Of a stretch of DNA of 64,000 bases, positions 10,320 to 20,179 are shown in pieces; positions within the stretch are counted from its first letter, which is position 1, and each line of letters begins with the position of its first letter. Source of the stretch: an uncultured Actinomycetes bacterium (GTDB lineage: Bacteria > Actinomycetota > Thermoleophilia > Gaiellales > JAICJC01). The notes under the pieces were generated by a model. It worked only from the letters and a program-made list of their open reading frames with translations, did no database searches and was not told where the DNA came from. The position numbers and the translations under genes are program-made. The DNA is taken from positions 4,541-68,540 of the forward strand of contig CAVPLP010000001.1 in assembly GCA_963706075.1 (NCBI GenBank), read 5' to 3'.

Positions 10320-11677
10320 GCCGCGATCAGGAGGATGAGGACCATCGTCGCCACGAGCGCGGCGACGAGGGCGACCCACAGCGCGTCCTGGTGCGTGTAG
10401 GCGAAGCGGCGAACGCGCGCGCGGAATCCGAGCGCCCCGACAGGGAGCGAGAGAGCCCCCGAGTCGCGGCCCGGCGGCCGCACGCGCGGGAGCGAGATCC
10501 GCGGCGCTGCCGAGCGGCCCCATTCGACGAGCGCACCCCCCGCACGCATGGCGCGGGTCGTCAGCTCCTCGGAGCGGCGCATCCCGGCGCCGGCCGCGCC
10601 GGCGATCTGTGCGCCGGCGCGCGCGGGAATGGGCCGGTGGGGCGGCCCAGCCGGCGCCGGGGCACGTCGCACTCGCATGCGGACGAACAGCGCCGCCATG
10701 GCGAGCGCCATCAGGACGGCGGCGGCGGCGACCACGACGAAGACGCGCGAGCCGTAGTGCTGCACGATCACGACCACAGCCTTCGGCGGCAGGTACGGCG
10801 TCGACGCGATGGCGGTGCCGCGGCACCCAGCCACGCCGGCCGAGGCCCCCGGCGCGAGGAACCCGGCGACGATCCCCGGGCTCACGCCGGACTCCGCCGG
10901 GGTGTTCTCCGGGAGCGTGCACTGCACGACGCGGCGGCTCTGAAGCCGATCCCACACCAGCCCGAGCACGTCCGCATCGGTCAGATCGGTGACGGCCGAG
11001 TGGGCGACGGCGGTGCCCGTCGCCTGGAGGTCACCGACGCTCGTGGGCTCGAGCGCGTGCCCGACGATCGCCCGCAGAACCCGGCGCTCGGCCTGGTCGC
11101 GCTGCTCGCTGCCAGGCGCTCCCTGGCGCAGATAGACGGCGGTGTGCGGCCCGTTCAGGCGAAGCGTCCCGGCTGGGAACCGCCATGTCCGCGACGGCGA
11201 GACCGGCAGCTCGACCGCCGACGGGTTGCGAAGCTGGATCCCGCCGATCCCGTCGACGAGGCGCGAGACGTTCCCCAGGTTGATGACGGCCACGTGCGAG
11301 ACCTGAACCCCCAGACGAGCCCGCAGGCCGCGGATCAGCTCCGGCGTGGATTGCCGGCTGACGCGCACGCCGTTCACGATCGTGCTCGGAGGCACCGAGA
11401 GGAACGCGGCGGTGCCGTCGTCGGGCACGGTGCGAAACAGGACGAGGCCGCCTGACGCCAGATCGCCGGATCCGCGCACGAGCGTGACCTGCGGCTGGTC
11501 GAGCGTGCCCTTCGACGGCGGGAGGACGGCGCGGATCGTCGCAGGCAGGGGCGCCTCCGACCGGTGGATGTCGGCCGAGAATCGGTTGTACTGCACCGCG
11601 AGCACGACAAAGCCGGCCGCGCCGGCGGCGCAGATCGCCATGACGAGCAGTACGAGCGCCTGCCCGAGCTTTCGCAT
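10316..11677 (-). CDS. LytR-CpsA-Psr (LCP) family envelope protein with extra C-terminal TM segments
   Basis: Intact 453-aa ORF with an N-terminal TM (ALVLLVMAICAAGAAGFVVLAV), an LCP-like core (LVLFRTVPDDGTAAFLSVPPSTIV, HVAVINLGNVSRLVDGIGGI), and two C-terminal hydrophobic segments. Confidence 0.6.
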   Translation of the reverse strand: MRKLGQALVLLVMAICAAGAAGFVVLAVQYNRFSADIHRSEAPLPATIRAVLPPSKGTLDQPQVTLVRGSGDLASGGLVLFRTVPDDGTAAFLSVPPSTIVNGVRVSRQSTPELIRGLRARLGVQVSHVAVINLGNVSRLVDGIGGIQLRNPSAVELPVSPSRTWRFPAGTLRLNGPHTAVYLRQGAPGSEQRDQAERRVLRAIVGHALEPTSVGDLQATGTAVAHSAVTDLTDADVLGLVWDRLQSRRVVQCTLPENTPAESGVSPGIVAGFLAPGASAGVAGCRGTAIASTPYLPPKAVVVIVQHYGSRVFVVVAAAAVLMALAMAALFVRMRVRRAPAPAGPPHRPIPARAGAQIAGAAGAGMRRSEELTTRAMRAGGALVEWGRSAAPRISLPRVRPPGRDSGALSLPVGALGFRARVRRFAYTHQDALWVALVAALVATMVLILLIAA

Positions 11678-11803
11678 CGCCTTCCCCCTCCGGGGCCCGA
11701 TCGTCCACGGGGGCCCCCGCGTTCACCGGGTGAATTACAGCATCAGGAAGCTCAAGTCAACCGATTATGAAGATCCGGGCGCCCGTGGGTGGCGTAGTCC
11801 GGC

Positions 11804-14800
11804 GTGATGAGCGGCGAAACCCCGGCGGCATACACTGACCCAATGGTGGTCTGCCCGAGCTGCGGCACCGAGAACCCCGACCGCGCGAGGTTCTGCCTGG
11901 AGTGCGGCGTGTCGCTCGAGCCCGCTCCGCACTCGGCCGAGGAACGGAAGCTCGTCACGGTCCTGTTCGCCGATCTGGCCGACTCGACGGCGCTCGGCGC
12001 CCGGCTCGACCCCGAGGCGCTGAAGGATGTGCTGGCGCGGTTCTTCGCGGCGATGCGGGAGCAGATCGAGGCGGAGGGCGGGACGGTCGAGAAGTTCATC
12101 GGCGACGCCGTCATGGCTGCGTTCGGCGTGCCCGCCGCACACGAGGACGACCCCGCACGCGCCCTGCGCGCGGCGCTTCGGATGCAGCGCCGGCTGGGCG
12201 ACCTGAACCACGAGCTCGAGGCGGCGCACGGCATCGAGCTCGGGCTGCGGATCGGCGTGAACACGGGCGAGGTGCTCGCCGCCACGGCGCCCAGGTCGGG
12301 CGAGGCGATGGCGACCGGCGACGCCGTCAACGTGGCGGCCCGGCTCCAGCAGGCCGCGGCGCCCGGCCAGATCCTCGTCGGTGACCGCACCGCTGCCGCG
12401 GTGCGCGGATTCGTCCTCGAGCCGGCGGCTCCCCTCGATGTGCGCGGAAAGTCCACCCCGGTCGGCACGATGATCCTCGCGGGCGAGCGCGACGAGCCGC
12501 CTCGTGGGGTGCCGGGCCTGCGCTCGCCGATGGTCGGGCGCGACCGCGAGCTCGAGCTGCTGGGAAGCCTGCTCCGCCGCGCGGTCGAGGACGCGCGCGG
12601 GCATCTGGTCACGATCTACGGCGATCCGGGGGTCGGCAAGAGCCGGCTCGTCGCGGAGTTCACGGCCCAGGCCGGCGCCCGGGTCGTGCGCGGCCGCTGC
12701 CTGCCGTACGGCGACGGGATCACGTTCTGGCCGCTGGCGGAGATCGTAAAGGCCGAGGCCGGCGTGCTCGACAACGACCCGCCCGACGTCGCGCTCGAGC
12801 GGATCACCGCGCTCGGGGAGTCCGCCCCCGAGCTCGCGGAGTTCCTGCCGGCGCTGATCCACACGATCGGGCTCGACGACCCGAGCTCCCCGCTCCGCGG
12901 CCTGTCACCGCGAGCGGTGATGAACGAGATCCACGTCGGCTGGCGCGGCTTCTTCACCACCCTCGCCGGCGACGACCCGCTCGTCGTGGTCGTCGAGGAC
13001 ATCCACTGGGCCGACGGCGCCATGCTCGACCTCCTCGAGGAGCTGCCCGACCGCATCCCGGCGCCGGTGGTGTTCCTGTGCCCGGCCCGACCCGAGCTCA
13101 CGACCCGCCGGGCGAGCTGGGGCGGCGGGCGTCGCAGCGCGTCGAGCATCGCGCTCGAGCCCCTCGGCGCCGACGACGCCGACCACATGGTGCGCATGCT
13201 CCTGCACGTCGACGGCCTCCCCGCCGAGACGCACGGCCGGATCCTCGAGCGGGCCGAGGGAAACCCGTTCTTCCTCGAGGAGATCGTGCGCCGCCTGATC
13301 GACGAGCAGCTCATCGTCAACGAGTCGGGCAGGTGGCGGGCGGCGAGCGGCATCGAGCACGTCCCGATCCCCGACACCGTCCAGGGCGTCCTGGCCGCCC
13401 GCATCGACCTGCTTCCGCCCGACGAGAAGCGTGCCGTGCAGTCCGCCGCGGTCGTCGGTCGCGTGTTCTGGCCGGGCGCGGTCGCCGGGCTCCTGAACGG
13501 CGAGGCCGAGCACGTCGAGGAGACGCTCGACAGGCTCGAGCGCCGCGACCTCGTGCTCTCGCGCATCGGGTCGGCGATGGCCGGTGAGCGCGAGCTGATC
13601 TTCAAGCACATCCTGACCCGCGACGTGGCCTACGACAGCCTTCCGCGGCGCGACCGGCCGGCGGCCCACGCGCGGGTTGCCGAGTGGATCGAGGGAACGT
13701 TCGGGGCCCGGCGAGGCGAGGTGGTCGAGCTGCTCGCCCACCACTTCGACCTCGCAGGCGACCGGCCGCGCGCGCTTCGCTACGCGCTCGAGGCGTCGCA
13801 ACGCGACCTGGCGCGGCTCGCGCTCGACCAGGCCCAGGCGTTCGCGGAGCGCGCGATCGAGCTCGCCGACGACGGACGTGACCGGGCTGCGGCACTCACC
13901 GTGCTGGGCGAGACGGCCTACCAGCGGGCCGCGGGCGATGCCGCCCACCGGGCCTGGAAGGAAGCGTTCGAGCTGCTGGCGGACGACCCGGACGCCGACC
14001 CCGGCGCGCTCGCGACGGTGTGCGGTCGGCTCGCGCTGATCATCACCCGCGCGCCCGGACTGATGCCACAGACCGTGCCCACACCGGAGGAGGCGCGACG
14101 GTACATCGATTGCGGGCTTGCGGCGGCCGGCGACGAGGAGTCGGTGGCGCTCGTCGAGCTCCTCCTCGCGGAGGGAGGGTGGGCGTACGGATTCCCCGAT
14201 CCGCCTCCGACCGACGACGTGATCGAGCGCATGCGCCTGGCGAGCGCCCGCGCAGTGGCGATCGCCGAACGGCTCGGCCAGCCTGAGCTGATCTCGATCG
14301 CCCTGGACGTCGAGCACATCTCGCACGAGCTGGCCGACGACGTGCATGCGATCGTCGCGGGCGTCGACCGGCGCCGAGGGCTCGCCGACGGCGTGGTCGC
14401 ATTGATCGACCTGGACGACATCTTCTACATGTCGGCGGGCGCCGCCTGGGAGCAGGGCCGCTACCGAGACGCCAAGGCATATTGCGAGGACGGCGTCGCG
14501 CGCGTGACCGCGCTCGGTGGCGATGCAGCCGGATCGGTGGCGTCGCTGGCGATCGCCCGCTTCGTGCTCGGCGACTGGGACGCGGCGGTCGACGCCTGCC
14601 GTGAGGTCATCGAACGGCACGGCCCCGTGCCGCCCGGGTTCCTGCGGGCACTGTGCTCCGTGGCCGAGTACGTGCACGCCGCCCGCGGCGGAGGCGCCGA
14701 GCTCGAGGTGCTCCGGGGGATCGAGTACAACGCTGCGATGCGGCAGGGCTATCGAGCGCTTGGACTGTCCGCCGAGGGTCGCGCAGAGGAGGCGTACGTC

Positions 14801-15322
14801 CTCGTCCAGGGACCGCACCGCCCGGCGGAGGGCCTGAGCTTCGTGATGATGGCCGAGGCGCGCGTGCTCCATGCGCTCGGCCGGCGCGAGGAGCTGCTCG
14901 CGCACTGCGCGGCCATCCGCGAGCGCGCCGACCGGATCGACTGGACGGCCGGCCCCGCGATGACCGACCGCCTCGAGGCTGAGCTGGTGCTCGCCGACGG
15001 CGACCACGTCCGCGCCGTCGAGCTCGCAGGACGCTCGGCCGAGACGTTCGCCGGCATCGGTGCCGCGTGGGAGGCGGCGGCCTCGCGGCTCCCGCTCGCC
15101 GAGGCGCTGCTCGGCCTCGGCCGGCCCTCCATCGCGGCCGAGGCGCTGGTGCGGGCGGAGGCTGCGCTCCGCCGGGCCGGCGCGCGCGCCGAGCTCGCGC
15201 GGTTCACGACCCTGTCGGCGCAAGCCGGGTCAGGGCCGGATCACGGTCAGCGCGGCGGCGGCGACGAGCACGCCGGCGAGGCCGCCGTTGACGAGACGGG
15301 CGCGCCGGGCGTCGCGGAGTAG
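11804..15322 (+). CDS. Zinc-ribbon / class III adenylate-guanylate cyclase / AAA (STAND) ATPase / TPR multidomain regulator
   Basis: Intact 1172-aa ORF. Motifs: CPSCGTENPDRARFCLECG; the cyclase core KLVTVLFADLADST, KFIGDAVMAAFG, GVNTGEV; Walker A GDPGVGKSRL; and a helical repeat C-terminus. The start could instead be the ATG at 11843. The last 93 nt overlap the convergent LysE gene. Confidence 0.85.
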   Translation: MMSGETPAAYTDPMVVCPSCGTENPDRARFCLECGVSLEPAPHSAEERKLVTVLFADLADSTALGARLDPEALKDVLARFFAAMREQIEAEGGTVEKFIGDAVMAAFGVPAAHEDDPARALRAALRMQRRLGDLNHELEAAHGIELGLRIGVNTGEVLAATAPRSGEAMATGDAVNVAARLQQAAAPGQILVGDRTAAAVRGFVLEPAAPLDVRGKSTPVGTMILAGERDEPPRGVPGLRSPMVGRDRELELLGSLLRRAVEDARGHLVTIYGDPGVGKSRLVAEFTAQAGARVVRGRCLPYGDGITFWPLAEIVKAEAGVLDNDPPDVALERITALGESAPELAEFLPALIHTIGLDDPSSPLRGLSPRAVMNEIHVGWRGFFTTLAGDDPLVVVVEDIHWADGAMLDLLEELPDRIPAPVVFLCPARPELTTRRASWGGGRRSASSIALEPLGADDADHMVRMLLHVDGLPAETHGRILERAEGNPFFLEEIVRRLIDEQLIVNESGRWRAASGIEHVPIPDTVQGVLAARIDLLPPDEKRAVQSAAVVGRVFWPGAVAGLLNGEAEHVEETLDRLERRDLVLSRIGSAMAGERELIFKHILTRDVAYDSLPRRDRPAAHARVAEWIEGTFGARRGEVVELLAHHFDLAGDRPRALRYALEASQRDLARLALDQAQAFAERAIELADDGRDRAAALTVLGETAYQRAAGDAAHRAWKEAFELLADDPDADPGALATVCGRLALIITRAPGLMPQTVPTPEEARRYIDCGLAAAGDEESVALVELLLAEGGWAYGFPDPPPTDDVIERMRLASARAVAIAERLGQPELISIALDVEHISHELADDVHAIVAGVDRRRGLADGVVALIDLDDIFYMSAGAAWEQGRYRDAKAYCEDGVARVTALGGDAAGSVASLAIARFVLGDWDAAVDACREVIERHGPVPPGFLRALCSVAEYVHAARGGGAELEVLRGIEYNAAMRQGYRALGLSAEGRAEEAYVLVQGPHRPAEGLSFVMMAEARVLHALGRREELLAHCAAIRERADRIDWTAGPAMTDRLEAELVLADGDHVRAVELAGRSAETFAGIGAAWEAAASRLPLAEALLGLGRPSIAAEALVRAEAALRRAGARAELARFTTLSAQAGSGPDHGQRGGGDEHAGEAAVDETGAPGVAE

Positions 15323-15844
15323 CGGCGCAAGCGACGCCCCGGCCGCGAGCCACGTGGTGTTGATGGCGACGATCATCACGGCCAGCACCGCGACCTTGGC
15401 AGCGGCGTCGACGGCGGCGCCGTCGGCGAGCCGCGCGCTCGCGAAGACCGCGGCGATCGCGATCCACGCCTTCGGGATTGGCGACCCCCAGGAGCGCCCC
15501 GCCGACGAGCCCCGGCGCGTCCGACCGGGAGCCATCGGCCGGCGAGCGGCGGCGCGGTCGCGATGTGGTACGCGAGCCAGACGATGTAGGCGGCACCGGC
15601 CGCGAGCAGAACGGGGCGCACGGCGGGGAGCGCGAGCAGCGCCGCCGTGATCCCGGTCGCGACCGCCAGGAGCACCGCCGTGGTGCCGGCGATGATGCCG
15701 GCCAGGTAGGAGAGCGAGCGCCGGACACCGTACGCCGAGCCGGCCGCGGTGAGGCTGATCGTCGCCGGGCCCGGCGTCCCCATGATCGCGAGCGACGGTC
15801 ACGACGAGCGTCCCGATCGCATCCCAGCGGTAGGTTCCGGTCAT
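15230..15844 (-). pseudogene. LysE/RhtB-family amino acid exporter, three +1 breaks
   Basis: ATG at 15842-15844. Reading: MTGTYRWDAIGTLVVTVA, extra nt 15787, IMGTPGPATISL..AYIVWLAYHIA, break near 15540, ..GLVGGALLGVANP, extra nt 15473, KAWIAIAAVF..LAGVLVAAAALTVIRP. Confidence 0.75.
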
Positions 15845-16713
15845 GCACGAGACGCTACGCGGGCTCGATCCGGATCGTCTTGAACGATCGTGCACGCCGA
15901 GGACGAACACGATCCGGCTCGGCGCCGGAGCGCCCGGCCTCGAGCGGGCCGAGATGCGGTTCGCCTCCTGCCGGTTCTCGCCGCACCGGCACGACACGTA
16001 TGCGATCGGCATCACGACGGCGGGCGTGCAGGAGTTCCGCTATCGCGGCCGGCGCCACATCTGCCTGCCCGGCCAGCTGCACTTCCTGTACCCCGACGAG
16101 ACGCACGACGGCGGCCCGGCGACCGACGCCGGCTTCGCCTACCGCATCCTCTATGCCGAGCCCGAGCTCGTCCGCGATGCGCTCGGAGGACGGCCGCTCC
16201 CCTTCGTCGCCGAGCCCGTCCAGGACGGGACGCCTGCGACCCGCGAGCTGCGACGGCTGCTCGACCGGATCGACGACCCGGTCAGCGACCTCGGAAGGCA
16301 CGAGGCGGCCTCCGCGATCGCGGAGGCCCTGGTTGCGCTGGGCGGCGGAACGGAGCGCGAGGGACGGATCGATCTGGCGGCGGTCGCGCGCGTGCGCGAG
16401 CTACATCGCCGCCCACGCTTCCGAGCAGACGCCGGCCTCCACGCTCGAGCGGATCGCCGGCATCGACCGCTACGCGATCGCCCGCCAGTTCCGGCGCGCC
16501 TACGGCACGAGCCCCGACCGGTACCGGACCATGCGCCGGCTCGCGCTGGCCCGGACGGCGATCGAGGAGGGCGTGCCGCTCGCGCGCGCGGCAGCCGACG
16601 CCGGCTTTGCCGACCAGAGCCACATGACCCGCCAGTTCGTGCGCGCCTACGGGCTGACGCCGGGGCGGTGGGCCGCGATCGCCGCGGCCTCGGGCCCTCC
16701 CTCGGAAGGGTGA
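15843..16713 (+). pseudogene. AraC-family transcriptional regulator, one +1 break
   Basis: N-terminal AraC-type ligand domain (FSPHRHDTYAIGITTAGVQEFRYRG). After extra nt 16401 the protein continues in ORF 15478..16713 with the HTH AGFADQSHMTRQFVRAYGLTPGRW. The ATG at 15843 overlaps the divergent LysE ATG. Confidence 0.8.
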
Positions 16714-16763
16714 TCTTCGCCGCGCGACCGCCGGATTCCGGCGCCTGGCGGGTTCTCGTCGGC

Positions 16764-17799
16764 ATGACTGCCGCATACACACGCCCGCGCTCCGCGCGGC
16801 CTCGACGCCGCCGCCGAGTCGACGCGCAGCTCGGCCAGACGCTCCCGCTGATCTGCTTCTTCATGATGTCGCTCCTGGGCGTGAGCGGCCTCGTCCTCGA
16901 CCTGGGAAACGGCTACACCCAGCGGCGGGCCATTCAGAACGAGGCGGACGCTGCCGCCATCGCCGGCGCGGACGCCATCGTGTCAGGGAACTACTCGAGT
17001 GCCGCCCAGCAGATGGCCGCCAAGAACGGCCGTCCGGCGGATCAGGTGTCGGTCACGTTCGACGGAACCGACACCGTGACCGTGACCGTGTCCCGGGTCG
17101 CCCCGACGTTCTTCCTCAAGGTGTTCGGCAAGTCGTCGATCCCGGTCTCGGCCACCGCGGTCGCCAGGCTCGAGGCACTCGCGGCGGTCAAGGGCCACGT
17201 CTCCCCGTATGCGGTCACCGTGGACGCCTACGCCAACGGCACCGGCACGACGCTCTTCAAGGAGAGCCAGCCCGGCGCGTACGGCACGATCGACCTGCCG
17301 ACGACCGACAACACGAGCGGCGGAAGCTGCACGCGGGAACATCAACAAGGGCACCCCGTCGAACATCAGCCCGGAGCTCTCGGACCAGCTCCCGGCGGGC
17401 CAGCTCGTGATCGGCGGCTGCCTGTCGGTGAAGTCGGGTGCGTCGCAGCCGTCGGGGAACATCGTGAACCAGATCCCGCCCGGGAACAACCTCATGAGCC
17501 AGGATCTCCAGTCGCTCGGGAACGGCCAGTACCAGGTGATCCCGCAGTCGTGGACCGACTCGAACGGCCTGCCGCCCAGGCTCATGTACATCCCGATCGT
17601 GCAGACGCTGCCGAGCGGGAACGGCCAGGCGACGATCGTCGGCTTCGCGTGGTTCTACATGACGAGCGCGACCGGCGGCGGCAGCGGCCTCACGATCAAC
17701 GGCCAGTGGGTCAGCCTCCAGCTGCCGCCCACAGGGAACACGACGCAATACGTGCCTGGAGCGATCGGACAGGTGCTGACCTCCGAGCTCATCGGCTGA
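16764..17799 (+). pseudogene. TadG/TadE-like pilus-assembly protein, one +1 break
   Basis: ATG at 16764. N-terminal TM plus a TadE-like motif (GQTLPLICFFMMSLLGVSGLVLDLGNGY..NEADAAAIAGA). After extra nt 17334 the protein continues in ORF 17209..17799. Confidence 0.65.
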
Positions 17800-17893
17800 T
17801 GGGACCGAATTGCGGTCGAGGTTCGGCTCCAATCTGCCGATGGAGGAGTGACGCAGGGATTTCCTGCGCAGTCGCTTCTCGAGGAGTGGCGCG

Positions 17894-19338
17894 GTGTCGT
17901 TGGCAGAACGGACGGTCAGCACGAGCTCGGGCCGTGCGCTCACGCTGCTCTACAAGGAGCACGCCGCCGACGCGTTCCGCTACGCCGTGCACCTCACCGG
18001 ACGGCGGGCGGATGCCGAGGACATCGTCCAGCAGGTGTTCCTCCAGGCGTACCGGCACCTGGAGTCGGGGCGTGAGCTGGTGAGCCCGCGGGCGTGGCTG
18101 CTAACGGCAGTCAAGCATCGCGCATTCAACTTGGCTCGCGATCGCCGTGAGGTGCCCGTCGACGCGCCGGTCGTGGCCGTCGAGTCACGTGACGCTTCCG
18201 GCGACGAAGCGGCGCAGCTGGCCGAGGTGCGCGGGATGCTCTGGACGCTTCCCGAGCCCCAGCATCATGCCTTCGTCCTCCGCCACTGGAGCGGTCTGTC
18301 GCAGAACGAGATCGCCGACGTGCTCGAGACGACGCCGTCGGCGGTCGAGTCGCTCCTCGGCCGTGCGCGGTTGACGCTCCTGCGCGCGCATGACACGGCA
18401 TCCGATGCGTGCAGCCAGGTCCGGAGCCGGCTGCTCGAGTCGACGGAAACTTTGGGAGGCGCAGACCTCGCGCATCTCGGCACCTGCCGCCCCTGCCGGC
18501 AGGCGCACGATCGCCTCATGCGGGCGGCGAACGTCGCCGGGGCGCTCGCCCTCGTCCCCGGCACGCATGTCGCGCACTCGATCGCCGGCCTCGTCCCGGG
18601 TTTCTCGGCCCACGCTGCAACCTCGACGGCCGCCGCGGTCGGCGGCGCGGGCGGCGCCGGAGCGGGCGCGACCGGCGTCTCGACCGGTCTGACCACGACC
18701 ACCACCGCCGCCACGGCGACCGCGAAGGTCGCGGTGGTCGCCAAGGCCGCGGTGGCCGTTGTCGCGGCGTCGGCCGCGGTCGGGGCGGTGCCGTCGGCCC
18801 ACCACGCACTGGCCGCGCTGATCGCCGCGCATACGCGCACGCCGCCCTCGGCGTCCACCCATCACGGCAACTCCGGCCGCCAGCGAGGCGGCTCAGAGTC
18901 GCCGGTCGCCGGCTCCCCCACGCTCCCGACGACAGCGCCGCCCAACACCGGCGGCGCCAACGCAGGCTCCCACCGCCCCGCACAGAACCCCGGCCACCAC
19001 GGCGGCGCCGGCCAGGGCCTCGGGAAGCCCGCGACGCCGGGCAGCGGCAAACCTGCCGGTCCGGGCGCCGGTCAGCGGGAACGGCAACGGCGTCGGAGCC
19101 GGAGGCAACGGGAAGGCCGTCGGGAAGCCGGCCGGCGCCGGCGGCGGGAAGGGGAACGGGACCGGCGGCGGCAAGCCCACGGGAGCCGGCGGCGGAAACG
19201 GGAACGGGACGGGACGGCACGCCCGCGGGAGCCGGCGGCGGAAACGGGAACGCGGGCGGGAACGGGAACGGCGGCGGGAAGCCAGCGGATCCCGGCGGCG
19301 GGAAGCCGACCGCCCCCGGCGGCGGAAAGCCCAGCTAG
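17894..19338 (+). pseudogene. ECF sigma factor fused in frame to a zf-HC2 anti-sigma, TM region and Gly/Asn/Lys/Pro repeat tail (ECF52-like architecture); two +1 breaks in the tail
   Basis: Sigma region 2 (DIVQQVFLQAYRH) and region 4 (LSQNEIADVLETTPSAVESLLGRAR) run without a stop into CSQVRSRLL..HLGTCRPCRQ. An Ala/Thr-rich TM stretch follows, then GKPAGAGGGKGNGTGGGKPTGAGGGNGNG.. after extra nt 19073 and 19215. Stop is the TAG at 19336-19338. Confidence 0.75.
19181..19252 (+). repeat. 26-nt perfect direct repeat (19181-19206 and 19227-19252) inside the repeat tail
   Basis: GGGAGCCGGCGGCGGAAACGGGAACG occurs twice, 46 nt apart. Frame break 19215 lies between the copies. Confidence 0.9.
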
Positions 19339-19348
19339 CCTCGCGCCG

Positions 19349-20179
19349 CTAGATCCGCCGGTAACGGGCGTCGGCGATCGAGTACACGCCGAACGCGACG
19401 AGCCCAGCCGCAACCACGAAGAGGAGCGCCGTCCCGTACGTCTGGTGGGCGAGCTTGCTGAGCGCGCCGTCCAGGCCGACGGCCTTCTTCGGCGCATAGT
19501 CGAGCGCAGCCCTGACGATGAAGACCCCGATCAGGCCGAACGCGACCATGCGCGCGAGGTGTCCCACGACGCCGATCGCCGTAATCCAGCGCCGGGTTGC
19601 GGGCCCCATCTGATCGGTCTTGTCCTCCTCGAGAAACTTGCGGCTGAGGCCCTTGTATCCCTGGTACAGGGCGACGGCGATGAAGATCGCGCCGGCCGCG
19701 CCGACGATCCACTGCCCTCCCGGCCAGCCAAGCACGCCGGCGGCGGACGTGTGCGGGCTGCTGCTCGAGCTCTGGCTCGCCGAGCCGAGCAGGATGGCCA
19801 CCGCGAGCGCGCACATGACGGAGTAGGAAACGCCGCTCGCCGTCGCGACGACACGGCCCATCTTGGAGCTGTCGCCGCCGCCTTCGGGACCGTGCCCGAA
19901 GAACGCCTGCACGAACCGCCACAGCGCGTAGCCGCCGAGGCCGACGGCAACCGCGACGAGAAGCCAGTGCCCGAACGGCTGCTCCTCGATCGACTGCATG
20001 GCGCCGCGCTGGTTGGTCTTCTCGTTCGACGAGTGGATCGCCACCTGGATGGCGAGGAGCCCGATCGTGGCATAGATGACGCCGCGGGCGACGAATCCGA
20101 GCCGCGCCAGGACCTCGAACGCCGGGCTGTGGGCGGCGCGACGCCCCGTCGATCGGGCATCAGCCTGGATGGTGTTCAT
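19349..20179 (-). CDS. DUF1206-type membrane protein
   Basis: ATG at 20177-20179 follows GGAGG. Paired TM repeats (GVIYATIGLLAIQVAI, GHWLLVAVAVGLGGYALW, and others). The frame is intact. Confidence 0.7.
   Translation of the reverse strand: MNTIQADARSTGRRAAHSPAFEVLARLGFVARGVIYATIGLLAIQVAIHSSNEKTNQRGAMQSIEEQPFGHWLLVAVAVGLGGYALWRFVQAFFGHGPEGGGDSSKMGRVVATASGVSYSVMCALAVAILLGSASQSSSSSPHTSAAGVLGWPGGQWIVGAAGAIFIAVALYQGYKGLSRKFLEEDKTDQMGPATRRWITAIGVVGHLARMVAFGLIGVFIVRAALDYAPKKAVGLDGALSKLAHQTYGTALLFVVAAGLVAFGVYSIADARYRRI

Noticed and set aside
16764-17799. Treating the TadG-like gene at 16764 together with the Flp gene at 59970..60128 as a Tad pilus locus.
   Set aside because: The two genes are 43 kb apart, and no secretion ATPase, platform, secretin-like or prepilin peptidase gene is present in the window.
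19050-19338. Repetitive GGC/GGA/AAC tract as a CRISPR-like or non-coding tandem array.
   Set aside because: The repeats are short, imperfect and have no unique spacers. They translate into a coherent Gly/Asn/Lys/Pro tail that continues the ECF fusion protein.
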